DNA of 64,000 nt from Eledone cirrhosa (GCA_964016885.1 OZ024747.1:57226001-57290000), one strand, 5' to 3'. Numbered from the stretch's first letter, positions 1 through 12,314 are shown. Translations and numbers: made by a program. The notes: generated by a model not told the origin, from the sequence alone.

Positions 1-201
1 CAGACTTGGGCCCAATCGATAGGGATCTAACCTTGAGCTGATCAATCCCGGAACGCATGTCACGCTGTAATAAACTCAATGAAAATTTGACACTTCATCC
101 ATACTTATTATTAATCTTACACTCTGCTTAATACAACCCCTATGTACATACTGGAGACTACACATCGAGTGCTCACCTTGGTTAACCAACAGTAACTTGA
201 C
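1..201 (+). mobile_element. 3' part of a PLE pseudo-LTR-like mini-element (partial HHR 3' half plus conserved tail), cut by window start
   Basis: GGGAT..ATCCC stem then GGAA-CGCATG-TC (GAAA-like, stem III, NUH); ACTC(121)..GAGTGCT(167-173) motif; ends in (TA)n at 202. Confidence 0.5.
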
Positions 202-209
202 ATATATAT

Positions 210-270
<61 letters not shown>

Positions 271-310
271 TTTTGCGAGGTTTTTTATATGAAATCGTGT
301 GTCGAAACAG

Positions 311-618
311 ATATTGTTATATTTGGGGAGGGTCATATTTGCGTAATATTGCCAGAATTAATAACAGAACACACTCACTGTTTGGTTGGTTTTCGCTTCT
401 CGCTGTCTTTTATATATATATATCTGCGATCTAACTTACTCGGTCCTCAATGGCCCTTTTTGACCGCCGATCAGTCAATGGCAACATTGAGGACCGAGTA
501 AGTTAGATCGCAGATATATATATATAAAAGACAGCGAGAAGCGAAAACCAACCAAACAGTGAGTGTGTTCTGTTATTAATTCTGGCAATATTACGCAAAT
601 ATGACCCTCCCCAAATAT

Positions 619-626
<8 letters not shown>
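311..626. repeat. Perfect 142-bp inverted repeat with 32-nt loop
   Basis: 311-452 is the reverse complement of 485-626; loop 453-484. Confidence 0.95.
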
Positions 627-674
<48 letters not shown>

Positions 675-679
675 AAGAG

Positions 680-1160
680 CTTTCAAATTTAATCATTTGA
701 AAACATTTTGATTACATTTGAAGAAAGTTTTAAGAAAATGTTTGATATATTTGTGTAAAGTTTTGAGAAAAATTTTAAAGAAAGTTTTGAAAATTTTAGG
801 AAGAATATTTTCGAAGAAATGCTTTAAATAGAAACATTTTGTAATATTTTGCCGAAATTTGTTTTAGTAAATATTCTAGAAAATTTTGAGGAACTATTTG
901 AAAAATTTGTTGAAAATTCTGAGTGAACTTTAGTGAAAATGTTTTCAAAAGATTTTCTTAAAATTTAAAGGAAACTCTTTGAAGAAATTATTGGGGAAGA
1001 TTTTCAAAGAAAATTTTGATGAAGATTTTTTTAAATTTTGAGAAAACCTTTTTAAATCTTAAAAATAATTTTCAAGAAATATGTGAAAATGTTTTGAAGA
1101 AAAGTTTTGGCAAAGCTTTTTGGAAAATTTTGAGGAAACCTTTGGAAAATTTTTAACAAT
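680..1160. repeat. Degenerate AT-rich tandem/low-complexity repeat (TTTTGAAGAAA-like units)
   Basis: Recurrent ttttga/gaaa motifs at short irregular period. Confidence 0.6.
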
Positions 1161-1471
1161 AATACAAACACTAATCATATGATAAATATTTTTGGACCAT
1201 TACATACCTTCACTTTAAATTACCTTTCAAATCTAACTGTCTGTTTGTTCTCTTACACTCTGTCACTAAAACACTACCACATCACCATCATCACCACTAT
1301 CATCATCATCATATCTGTTTCTAACAGGAAATATAAAAAGAAAAAGAAAAAATATTTGCAATTCAATTCTTACTTCATTTTTCTAAATATATAAAGGAAA
1401 GAAAATATGATTTTGGAAAATTATTTTCTTCTTTTGTTATATATTTTTTCTCAAAATATTAACTTTTCAAA

Positions 1472-1653
1472 GCAGAATCTTCTTAGAGGGTCGACGCCAT
1501 GCTTCCCAGCATAGAGTTACGCCCCTTTACGTTATGAGTTCAAATCCTGCCGAGGTTAAATTTGCCTTCATCCTTACAAGGTCGATAAAATAAAGCACCA
1601 GTAATACACTGGGGTAATTGCTGGCCTTGCGCCAAAAGTAGAAACAATTATTT
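1472..1653 (+). mobile_element. tRNA-derived SINE family A (Nin/Deu-type central domain)
   Basis: B-box GAGTTCAAATCC, core GAGGTTAA..GCCTTCATCCTT..GGTCGATAAAATAAAG, tail AGAAACAATTA; more than 12 copies in window. Confidence 0.85.
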
Positions 1654-1759
1654 CTGTTAATTAATTTTATGATTACAAATTCTTAGGTAAATATTATTGT
1701 TTCATCATAAGTAGAAAAAATCTCTTGAGCTGGGTTTTCTATAATGTCAGTTGGACCAC

Positions 1760-2010
1760 CTTCGGTTCCAGTTATTTGATCAGTGGAACAATCTTCTCAT
1801 TTAATTAACAATGTTCAAGTGGTTAAAGCATTCCATAGACGTGTGTACCCTTAGAGCAATTCTCAGGGAAATTCAGTGTGACACATTGTGAGACAAGGTT
1901 GGCTGTTTTAATTACAGGTACCACACGTGTTTTCCTACCGAGTTGTCTGGAGCAATGTGAGATAATGCTATCAGATATTGAACTCATGGTCTTAACACAG
2001 GAGCCACACA
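1760..2010 (-). mobile_element. Old tRNA-derived SINE remnant
   Basis: Similar to 21005-21320 and 32326-32553; CTGGAGCAATGTGA segment shared with SINE family B. Confidence 0.6.
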
Positions 2011-2390
2011 CACACTAACCAATATACCACAACCTCTTATGTATAGCATATGTAGCTATAACTCATTATATTGGATATTTATTTATATTATATCTATATT
2101 TATCCATAAAATAGATATGTAATATAATATTGTATATTTGTATAAATGTGTGTATATGTGTGTCTTTACATGTTTGTATTTGTATATATGCCTGTTTGTA
2201 TTTGTATATAAGTATGTATATTTGTCTGTCTGAATCTCTCTATATATATACAGAGAGGGAGAGATAAATAGATTTATAGATAGAGAGAGATAGATAGATT
2301 TAAAGATAGACAGATAGAGAGAGATAGATAGATAGATAGATAGATATAGAGATAGAAAGATAGAGAGAGCAATAAAGAGATATAGAGATA

Positions 2391-2429
<39 letters not shown>

Positions 2430-2928
2430 AGAGAGGGAGCAAAATGGATTTTCTTTTTAAAGTATAAGAAAAATAAATGAAACAGTTGGGAAAGTAAGAT
2501 TTAGTAATGTAATAAAAGAAAGGGAGGGATGAGAAAGAGAGAGGAAGCATATGGGTATTAAGAAAGAGGGGGGAAGGCAAAGAGAGATAGAAAGCGAGAG
2601 GGGGGAGAGAGGAAGTGAACGGAAAGCATGACAGCGGAACTAGAAGTAGTGAAGTACAAAAGAACAGTAATAAGAATCTAAGTAAAATGGAAGTAAACAA
2701 CAGATTGTATGCCCCATGGTGGGATTGTAAAGACTTTAATATTAGGTTTTGGTATTTATTTAATTTTGTGGGGTTTTATTATTTTTTTTTTTACTATTTT
2801 TTGTAATTTGTTAAGAAGAGAAACATCGAAAAACTTCAATTTCCTGTTTGTGAAACAAACTCTCTATAATATAATATATAACATGAAATGGAAAGAGTAA
2901 AAAGATGTATGTATATGTGTATGGACAT

Positions 2929-2990
<62 letters not shown>

Positions 2991-3044
2991 ATACACATAC
3001 ATTTGTATATAGAATGTATGTATGCATGTACGCATTCATACATG

Positions 3045-3100
<56 letters not shown>

Positions 3101-3179
3101 TATATATGTGTGTGTGTGTATATGAATATATGTGTATGAGTGTGTATATATATATATATAAATATAGAAACATATGAAG

Positions 3180-3240
<61 letters not shown>

Positions 3241-3334
3241 CACACACACATATATGTATGTGTATATAACATGCACACACATATATATATATACACCAAT
3301 CAATTAATCAATCTAAATTTAGCAAAAAAACATT

Positions 3335-3375
<41 letters not shown>

Positions 3376-3609
3376 CCTCCATGCACATGCATAAGCTCAT
3401 GTACACACATACACATCTATGCACAAACATATGGTGGCATGATAAAGCGGACATGAAATAATGATGATGATGATGATAATGATGATAATGGCGGAGGTAG
3501 TGGTAGTGGTATTGGTGGGGGTGTAGGTTGGGGTGATGATATACATACATATGTGAATCTATATAGAGTGTGAGAGGCATGATCTTTGAGAAAATTCTTC
3601 CATCTTTGC

Positions 3610-3910
3610 TATGTATCAGTAAGGCATGGCCAGTTTACAGCAGGCATACCAAGAAATATAATAAATTTTATCTGAAGTACCTGGGTCAAACTACTGCACA
3701 AACATTAGCAGGATAGGGCAGTGTCTCTGACATCCGTGTCGTTAATAATGCAGCACTGCCCAGCATCCGCACTTTCTTATGCAAAACCATGCTGTATTTG
3801 TTTGGTTTAGTTTCCAGAATTGGATAGGGATTTCCTTTCGCTCAATGGTTCAGTTGGTAAATAGTATAATCACTATAAAGATGCTGAAACAGGAATGGAT
3901 TAAGCTTGCA
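3610..3910 (+). pseudogene. Degenerate RTE-BovB-like LINE reverse transcriptase C-terminal fragment
   Basis: Translates to AWPVYSRHTKKYNKFYL..VSDIRVVNNAALPSI..HYKD with frameshifts and stops. Confidence 0.6.
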
Positions 3911-3944
3911 GGGGCACTCTGGCTGAAAACCTCATCTAAGTATT

Positions 3945-4266
3945 AACGGCTCCCATCGGTTATGAATGACCATGGGATTTGGACCCCTCTGAGGCACAAA
4001 TCCAGGCAAGGTGCCTTTATGGAAGAGTAGCAGTCACCCATACATGCCAGCCTCCTCTCTCCATGCTACTGATGTTGTCCAAGGGTAAGGCAATGGCCAA
4101 TACAGCTTGCCATCAGTGACATTGCAACTCATTTCTACAGCGGAGTAAACTGGAACAACATGGAATAAAGTGTCTTGCTCAAGGACACAAAGCAGCACCC
4201 GGTCTGTGAATCACAAACTCTCAATTACAAGCCTAATGCTCTAACCACTAAGCGATGCACCTTCAC
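3945..4266 (-). mobile_element. tRNA-derived SINE, older relative of family B
   Basis: Reverse strand shows GCTTAGTGGTTAGAGCA head and TCCTTGAGCAAGACACTTTA domain. Confidence 0.75.
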
Positions 4267-4288
4267 CCATCTAAGTATAATATATTGT

Positions 4289-4464
4289 ATCGGTAGAGGG
4301 TCGGACGCCATGCTTTGACGCATAGAGTTACGGCCCTTGCCATTCTGAGTTCAAATCCCGCCGAGGTTAACTTTGCCTTTCATCCTTATGGGGTCGATAA
4401 AATAAAGTACCAGTAATACACTGGGTAATTGCTGGCCTTGTGCCAAAAGTAGAAACAATTATTT
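4289..4464 (+). mobile_element. SINE family A
   Basis: Close match to 18490-18680. Confidence 0.9.
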
Positions 4465-4478
4465 AATCCTTTAAAAAT

Positions 4479-4692
4479 TTAACGTTACTCTATATATACT
4501 ATTATATTTTCTTGGTAAACACTTTATTTCACATAATTATCTCATATAATATCGAATCTATGAGATTTTGATGTTATTTATTTTGAGAACAATACCTTAT
4601 ATCAGTATGATCAGCCAGTTACAGCCAGTTTGAACAGAAAGAGTTGAGAGAATTCTGGCCAGATATGGCCGGTTTAAATGCTAAAGTGTTAG
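4479..4692. mobile_element. piggyBac-type MITE, degenerate ends
   Basis: Homologous to 15412-15631 (inverted) and 25115-25320. Confidence 0.7.
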
Positions 4693-5103
4693 GATGCCAA
4701 AAAACTTTACTTGGGTCCCTTTAAATATTGTGACCTCCTGGCTATACCTCTGTCAGCCCCTATCTTCCTACTCAGCTGCTACTGCTCTCAAGACTTTCCT
4801 AGCATAGAAAATGGACATTAAACACTAATGATGATGATGATGGTGATATATATAAGTAACTATTTCTTCCCTAAAGAATATAAATATTGGGGTTTTAATG
4901 TGAGTAATTAGTATTTTAGGAATACGAGGGTACTCAGTTGTGGTGGAAATGGTTGGTATGTGTATGTATGGTTGGGTGAGTGGGAGATTGCCTAGGTCTT
5001 GTGGTGTAGATAAGTATATAATGTATCTAGAGACAAAAGCAAATATTTATATACACGCACATATTTACACATATTCACAAGACTATATACAGATATATGA
5101 AGT

Positions 5104-5393
5104 CATATGGTGGCTGCCAACTCGTTTTCGAGTACGGCCACTACTTTATATCCATGTAGGAGAACCCCTACTGATGCGCTGAACGAGTGTGACTTTTTAG
5201 TCCAGCCAGCGACTTGAAAACTCTGGTACAAACACTACACTTGTGACAATTATTGACACGTAGTGCTGGGCCCATGGTACCATGTGACGACAAGTGCAGA
5301 GAGATCTCCAGATATAAAGCAATGCCTGTGCCGTGAAGCTTTTATAGTGAGCAAAGGCACTGCACAAAGCCAGTCCCACTCTCTTAACCAAGA
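5104..5393 (+). repeat. 290-bp segment with near-identical inverted copy at 10768-11058
   Basis: Reverse-complement match with few mismatches; identity of parent element unclear. Confidence 0.9.
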
Positions 5394-5524
5394 AACCTTG
5401 GTGGGGTTGCCAGTTTAGTCGCCAACGACCCGACCATGGGACAGGTTGTACTGGGATACATGTTACCAGTAGCACCAACTGGTAACCTGACATAATGAAG
5501 TCATGTACACTTATACAGATAGTT

Positions 5525-5585
<61 letters not shown>

Positions 5586-5586
<1 letters not shown>

Positions 5587-6050
5587 CATCATCATCATCA
5601 TCATCACCGTTTTACGTCCGTTCTTCCACGCTAGCATGGGTTAGACGGGTTGTCCTGTTGTGTGCAGTGTCTGGTCGGCTGACCATGCCTTGCTCATACA
5701 GGAACTGATCTGGCTTGATTTCTACAGCTGGATGCCCTTCCTAACACCAACCTCATTTACAGTGAGTGCTGGGTGCTTTTTCGTGGCGCCTACACGTCCA
5801 CTTTACAATGTGGGCTGGGTGCTTTTTTGCCGTGGTACCTCCACGACCACCTTGCAGTGGGGGGTGTGGGGGCATATTGTTTATATGCTTCAGCATGTAC
5901 CCATGGGAGGTCGGGTACTCTGTATTACTGCGTGACGCCAGAAGTCACGGTCGTGTGTCATTGTCTTTGAGATATATATATATATATATATATACATTCA
6001 AGACATTTTGTTCCTCTGTCTGTTGTCCTCTGTCTGTTGTCTCCTTGAAC

Positions 6051-6093
<43 letters not shown>

Positions 6094-6460
6094 CATGATC
6101 ATCATGATCATCATCGTTTAACGTCCATGTCCCCGCTTGCATGAGTTTGGACGGGAGTTTTCCCACTTGAGGCAAGAGTGGTTGTCTTGCTCGCATAGGA
6201 CTGTCTGGCGGGTTTTCTACAGCTGGATGCCCTTCCTAACACCAACCACATTTACAGTGTGGGGCTGGGAGGTTTTTACCGTGTTGCCTACACGGCCACA
6301 TTACAGCGTGGACTGTGTGTTTTTTGTCATGACACCTACACAATCTCATTTGTTTCGGCCTGGATGTTGTGGCACCAACATAACTTTACATTGAAAGGGG
6401 CGGTGTGGATGGGGTGGGGGTGGTGGGACGGGGGGGGGGGGGGGTGTTTTGTTAGAGATG
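5586..6460 (-). mobile_element. Two SINE-like elements with RTE-type (ATG)n 3' tail
   Basis: (CAT)n..ACGTCC tail and TTCTACAGCTGGATGCCCTTCCTAACACCAACC block shared with family B; copies at 5586-5960 and 6105-6460. Confidence 0.7.
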
Positions 6461-6491
6461 CCTACTGACTGTAGTAGGTTTTACTATGTAT

Positions 6492-7387
6492 TTAGGTAAG
6501 GCGGGTCTTCTCTATTACTGAGTACCGCCATAGGTCTCGGTCCAGTGACATTGTCTTGGAGAGGTGTAAGTGTGTGAGGTCAGAATTTATCAGGTCGTCC
6601 CAGGTTTTTCTGGGTCTGCTTACTCCATGGCTACCGTCTATCTTTATTGCCCTGCACTTTTTTATACAGCTGTCGTCTTTCATGCGCATCACGTGACCAT
6701 ACCAACGTAGCCTTCTCTCGACTAAACAACATCTGATCCCTCTTATTTCTAATTTTTCCCTTAGTTCGTTTATGCTTTGCCATTCGCGTATATTACTATT
6801 ACACATCCAGCGGAGTATGCAAGCTTCGTTCCTCTCTAGTCTGCATATATCCTCTGCACACAATGCCCAGGTCTCACTGCCATGCAACATTGCTGTTCGT
6901 ATGCAGGCATCATACAGCCTGCCTTTCATTTTTAGGGAGAACCCTTTAGCGGCTAATAGTGGTATAAGCTCTCTGATCTTTTTCCATCCAGTTCTGACTC
7001 TAGCTACTGTACTTTCAGAGCACCCTCCCCCACTGCTGATTTTGTCACCCAGGTAACGGAAGCTGTCCACTATTTCTATAGTACCTTCTGTGCAATTGTA
7101 AGAGCTAGTATTTTATGGGCACTTGCTGCTACTTATTGCACCAGCGCACCGGCCACATGTAAAAATCTATGTTCTTAGTTAGCTTACCTATGATCCCACT
7201 ACATCTTTTATGCACCCATACTTTGCATTTGGGACATAAAATGGAGTTTCTACCTACGCCTTTCCTACACACTGAGCATGGCCATTTCCCGGAAGGGACC
7301 GGCGCCTTATTTTCTTTCCTACAAACTAGAACTTTAGTCTTAGCCAGGTTAATTTTAAGGCCTTTTGATTCTAGGCCGTGCTTCCAT

Positions 7388-7389
<2 letters not shown>
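6492..7389 (-). pseudogene. 5'-truncated RTE-clade LINE ORF (RT C-terminal half with C4HC3 zinc-finger insertion)
   Basis: [77 protein letters not shown]; one frameshift near 7163 and one stop near 7115. Confidence 0.92.
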
Positions 7390-7449
<60 letters not shown>

Positions 7450-7598
7450 GTATATATATATGTATGCATATATATATATATATACATATATATTTGTGTA
7501 TATATATATCTATATAATAGAGAGAGAAAGAGAGAGAGACCATTTGTGAGATATCAGAAATGGCCATACACACACACACACATATATACTCACAAGAT

Positions 7599-7629
<31 letters not shown>

Positions 7630-8082
7630 ACAACCAGTTATCAAACTTAAAAACAATCCTTAATTACAGTATTCCTCTGTAACGGAAGTACACAAATTTA
7701 AGAATTTATTCAATAACTAATGTTTTCTCTTTGTTGTTATAGCTGTTGTTGTTGCTATTATCGTTGTTGTTACTGTTGCTGTTGTGTTTGTTGTTGTTAC
7801 TGCTGTTGTTTTGGTCTATTATTCACTTTTGCCAATCTTAATATTTTTGTTTTATATTTTTTAACTTTTTTTTCCTTTTTATTACTTTTATTGCTTTCTT
7901 TACTATTATTAAAGTGCCCTCATCCTCAGTCTGTCTTGAAATAAAAGGAATTACAATTATTATTATTATTGCTGTTGTTGTTATTGTTATAATTATTATT
8001 ATTATACTTTCTATAACTTACTTCAGGTGTATATTGCTTAGGCTCATGTAACTTTTATATTTTCATTGTTTAAAACAGACAT

Positions 8083-8300
8083 ATGAAGGCACGTGGCGTA
8101 GTGGTTAGAGAGTTGGATTCACAACAATGAAGTTACGAGTTCAATTTGCAAACTAGGTAATGTGTTATGTCCTTGAGCAAGACTTTTTATTTCACGTTGT
8201 TCTTTCTGTCAGGAGTTGCAACTGGTAGATAGTATCAGCAATGGAAAGACCAATGGAAACATTGTTTCCTTGGTACAATTTGATGAGGTCTGGGATCTTG
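8083..8300 (+). mobile_element. tRNA-derived SINE; subfamily also at 31649-31869 (+) and 20525-20670 (-)
   Basis: A-box TGGCGTAGTGG, B-box GAGTTCAATT, TCCTTGAGCAAGAC domain. Confidence 0.75.
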
Positions 8301-8537
8301 TTGGTCAATCAGAGCAAGCAAACACACATATTGCTATTGTTCCTATCGTTTCTTGTTAATAAGGTACCTGCTTCACATAAAAAAAGGGCAGCCTCAATTT
8401 TGCACACTATGAGGTGGAAATTTAAGATAAAGAACCCAACAATACAATATGGCAGTACCGCACAAAAAATCCTCATAAACTTCTACTCCCTCTTTAAAAG
8501 TTTAAGACAAAGAAAGATAGGAGGCACAAAACAGATA

Positions 8538-8730
8538 ATCATTGAGGAGATGACAGAATGTGTGACAAAAGAACTTTGATAAACAATTGAATAATGAACA
8601 ATAAAGATAAAGTGAAAAATATATGGTGTGTCTGTGTTTTTCTGTTGGCAATATTAGCAATATGACCATCCCCATATATAACAATATTGGTTTCAACACA
8701 CGATTTCACTTCAAGAATTTTGCAGAACAA
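8538..8730 (+). mobile_element. HHR-bearing mini-element with degenerate HHR (8538-8580); homologous to 34555-34753 (-) and 268-410 (-)
   Basis: ATCA-TTGAGGA-stemII-AAAA-GAAC-TT-TGAT; shared tail AATATGACC.TCCCC..ATATAACAATAT..GTTTC.ACACACGATTTCA. Confidence 0.55.
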
Positions 8731-8859
8731 ATACATAAAGGTATATGTATATGTGTGTGTGTGTGTATGTAAAAGGTAAACAAAAATAATAAAAATAACA
8801 AAACAAACAACACAGTACAGGGAAGAAATATATTAGTTTGATGCTTGAAATAGCAGGAA

Positions 8860-8900
8860 CAGAGTCTTAACGTTTTGCACACTACTCCTTCATCAGAAGA
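8860..8900 (-). ncRNA. Degenerate minimal hammerhead motif (same family as 25758-25792)
   Basis: Reverse strand TCTT-CTGATGA-AGGAGTAGTGTGC-AAAA-CGT-TA-AGA; G12 mutated. Confidence 0.5.
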
Positions 8901-9100
8901 TAGAGTTAGAAACAGAAGATGAATAGAAAGTAAAGACTGATAAGAGGAAGGAACGGGGGGGGGGGGGATGAGAAAAGAACGTGTGTATTCAGTCGGCCAT
9001 CTTATATATTTGTTAATGTGTGTATCTCAGTTGCTGAAAATAACTGTAAGAAGAGTTGACCGCAATAAGTTATACATTTTTCAAAATTGGGTAAACCCCC

Positions 9101-9131
<31 letters not shown>

Positions 9132-9339
9132 AGAAGTTTTCATTTCTTCTGTCTTTACCCAATTTTCAAAGCTGTTACAGTTTTTTTCAGTATCTGGAGA
9201 TTCCTACATTTTCAAATTTCAAATCAGCCAGTGTTGCAACAATTAATAATATCTATGTATTTCTCTTAATAAAGAAAGAAAAATTAATGTTTGATGCAGA
9301 TGTAATAGGAAACATATGTATAAATATAACAATAAGAAT

Positions 9340-9862
9340 TATTGCGTACAGTGCTCAGGTGCACTACAACTCATTAAAGGTGGATGTTTAGTACATAGAA
9401 TAATGTACAAATGTCAGGAAAGTGAACAGTGCGTGAGTCATGATATACAAACAGACACACACATGCATATGTGTGTGTATAGAGGGGGAGAATATCTGGT
9501 GTAGTGTTGGTGAATTTTGGGAGGCATGCAAGTTTTGGAGGATGCAGTGTCCCAACAGCTAGCAACTGATGCAGGGAGTTTGTTCCATGCTTCCGCAACT
9601 CTGAGCATGAAAACATGTTTCCGAAAATCATGGGAGCTGTGCTGTTTTCTGATTTTGTAAGCATGTCCATGGGTGTTAGACATGGAATTTAAAAAGGTGC
9701 TCAGGGTTGTTGTTGGAAAGATGGTTAATAATCTTGTGAGTGTTTACCAAATCAGTTGCCAGATGTCAGAGCTTTAATGTATCCATGCCCAGGGAAGCAA
9801 GGCATTCAGAGTATGGCAGATACTCGATGGTGTATATTTGTTTGGTTACATGTCTCTGAACA
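9340..9862 (-). pseudogene. CR1/L2-group LINE 3' fragment
   Basis: VQRHVTKQI..LPYSECLASLGMDTL..THGHAYKIRKQHSSHDFRKHVFMLRVAEAWNKLP; 3' stem GTGCACCTGAGCAC; other copies at 35495-35815 and 32685-32770. Confidence 0.85.
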
Positions 9863-9980
9863 GGAAACATTTGTATAAACATAATCCTGAAGTATTCTGT
9901 AGTAAGGCTACACAGAGGAGTTTCAAATCTGAGATATTTCCACATAATCAATGCCTAACAGTAATTTAGGAATAGATAAA

Positions 9981-10099
9981 ATAATTGTTTCTACGTTAGG
10001 CACAAGGCCAGCAATTACCCAGTGCATTACTGGTACTTTATTTTATCGACCCTGTAAGGATGAAAGGCAAAGTTAACCTCGGCAGGATTTGAACTCAGG
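9981..10099 (-). mobile_element. SINE family A, truncated
   Basis: Reverse complement of family A core and tail. Confidence 0.85.
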
Positions 10100-10271
10100 A
10101 ATAAATAAAATAATACTAACCCATTCTATTTGTGCTTCTCTTCTATTCCCTTCTGTTTTCTGCTTAATGAAATACAAATATGCCAGAAATGTCAAATATC
10201 TATTCTCTAGTTTAACGTCAAAGTGATGCAAATTTTTATCAATGATGATGTATATGTCTCTCTCTCTCTCC

Positions 10272-10372
<101 letters not shown>

Positions 10373-11111
10373 GTTTCAATACACACACACACACAACCAC
10401 ATACATGCCTCCCCCGCACCCCTGACAACCAGACCTTTCACCTACCCACACTACATTTTTTCCCATCACAATACCTTTTGTTTTCTTAACTTCCTTTCAT
10501 AGCTTTATCACACTACTCTTACGTCTATCTGCTTTCCTGAAGAAGGAGTTCTGTCTGAAACATTGAGACCTTCTTCACTTCTTCCAAGTGTGAACCTGAT
10601 ATATAACTATGTAATTTTGCTTCCTGTGTTTTGTTTTGTTTCATTTATTAACTATACACACACACAAACATAAACATATATATATATATGTATGTATGTA
10701 TATATATGTATATATACCCTGATGGTATCCAATGATGTTGACTTGTTCTTCTTTTTGGTAAATATCATCTTGGTTAAGAGAGTGGGACTGGCTTTGTGCA
10801 GTGCCTTTGCTCACTGTAAAAGCTTCACAACACAGGCATTGCTTTATATCTGGAGATCTCTCTGCACTTGTCGTCACATGGTACCATGGGCCAGGGCACT
10901 ATGTGTCAATAATTGTCACAAGTGTAGTGTTTGTACCAGAGTTTTCAAGTCGCTGGCTGGACTAAAAAGTCACACTTGTTCAGCGCATCAGTAGGGGTTC
11001 TCCTACATGGATATAAAGTAGTGGCCGTACTCGAAAACGAGTTGGCAGCCACCATATGTTTTATTGATAGCGCACTGTATATCTCTCTCTGGTGTGTTAC
11101 CTTTTCAATAT

Positions 11112-11143
<32 letters not shown>

Positions 11144-11152
<9 letters not shown>

Positions 11153-11654
11153 AGATCAAAAGATGGTTAAAAGAGTTCCTTGTATTTTATTATGCGCATT
11201 TCAAAAACAAATATCATCATGCAATAATATTTGTGTTTTCATCAGATAAAATAGGAAGACATGATATGAAGGTTAAAAAACACTTGTGGATAGTGCAGTT
11301 TTAAATCAACATTCAGAGTATGGCAGATACCCGATGGAGTATATTTGTTTGGTTACATGTCTCTGAACAGGAAACATTTGTATAAACATAATCCTGATAT
11401 GTTGATTTAAAACTGCACTATTCACAAGTGTTTTTTAACCTTCATATCATGTCTTCCTATTTTATCTGATGAAAACACAAATATTATTGCATGATGATAT
11501 TTGTTTTTGAAATGCGCATAATAAAATACAAGGAACTCTTTTAACCATCTTTTGATCTTATATATTATGTATACTCCAGTCCTACAAACTGTAGAGTGCT
11601 TCTTATCCGATATCTGCATTGCTTTATTGTACTACAATCAAACTCACCTCCTAC
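11144..11654. mobile_element. Fold-back HHR mini-element in (TA)n: 169-bp arms, about 86-nt loop, tail with conserved motif
   Basis: 11144-11312 is the reverse complement of 11399-11567 (1 mismatch seen); ACTC(11573)..GAGTGCT(11594); (TA)n on both sides. Confidence 0.85.
11458..11528 (+). ncRNA. Type I hammerhead ribozyme, intact core; mirror copy at 11183-11253 (-)
   Basis: TATTTTAT-CTGATGA-[AAACACAAATAT..ATATTTGTTTTT]-GAAA-TGCGCA-TA-ATAAAATA; 8-bp stem I, palindromic stem III. Confidence 0.85.
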
Positions 11655-11670
11655 ATATATATATATATAT

Positions 11671-11778
11671 ATGTATATTATGCTTTAAATAATCAATGAA
11701 ATGGAACTGGAATCAAATACTGAAAACCAAATATTATGTACTGTTGAATTTTCAGACTATGAGAACAACAGAAATATG

Positions 11779-11812
<34 letters not shown>

Positions 11813-12251
11813 ATTCACTGGGTGGGTTACTGGGTGTGCATACACACACACTTATATACATATACATACACGTACCAAAATCTATTTTCTGCTTGATTTT
11901 TACCCTCTCTCTCTCTGTCTCTTTTCTCTCTACGCATATATATATATATATATATGCGTAGAGAGAAAAGAGAGACAGAGAGAGAGGGTGAGTGAGAGAA
12001 AGAGGGTGGGAGAGAGAGAGAAGATAAAAAATATGAGAAGGTAAAAAGCAAGCAGAAAATAGATTTTGGTACGTGTATGTATATGTATATAAGTGTGTGT
12101 GTATACACACTCAGTAACCCATCTAGTGAATCCTTATATATATATATTCCATATTTCTGTTGTTATCATAGTCTGAAAATTCAACAGTACATGATATTTG
12201 GTTTTCATTATTTGATTCCAGTTCCATTTCATTGATTATTTAAAGCATAAT

Positions 12252-12257
<6 letters not shown>
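11671..12257. repeat. Long imperfect inverted repeat (about 210-225-bp arms) with nested hairpin 11902-11989
   Basis: 11671-11895 versus 12049-12257 reverse complement; inner hairpin centred on (TA)n near 11945. Confidence 0.92.
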
Positions 12258-12308
<51 letters not shown>

Positions 12309-12314
<6 letters not shown>

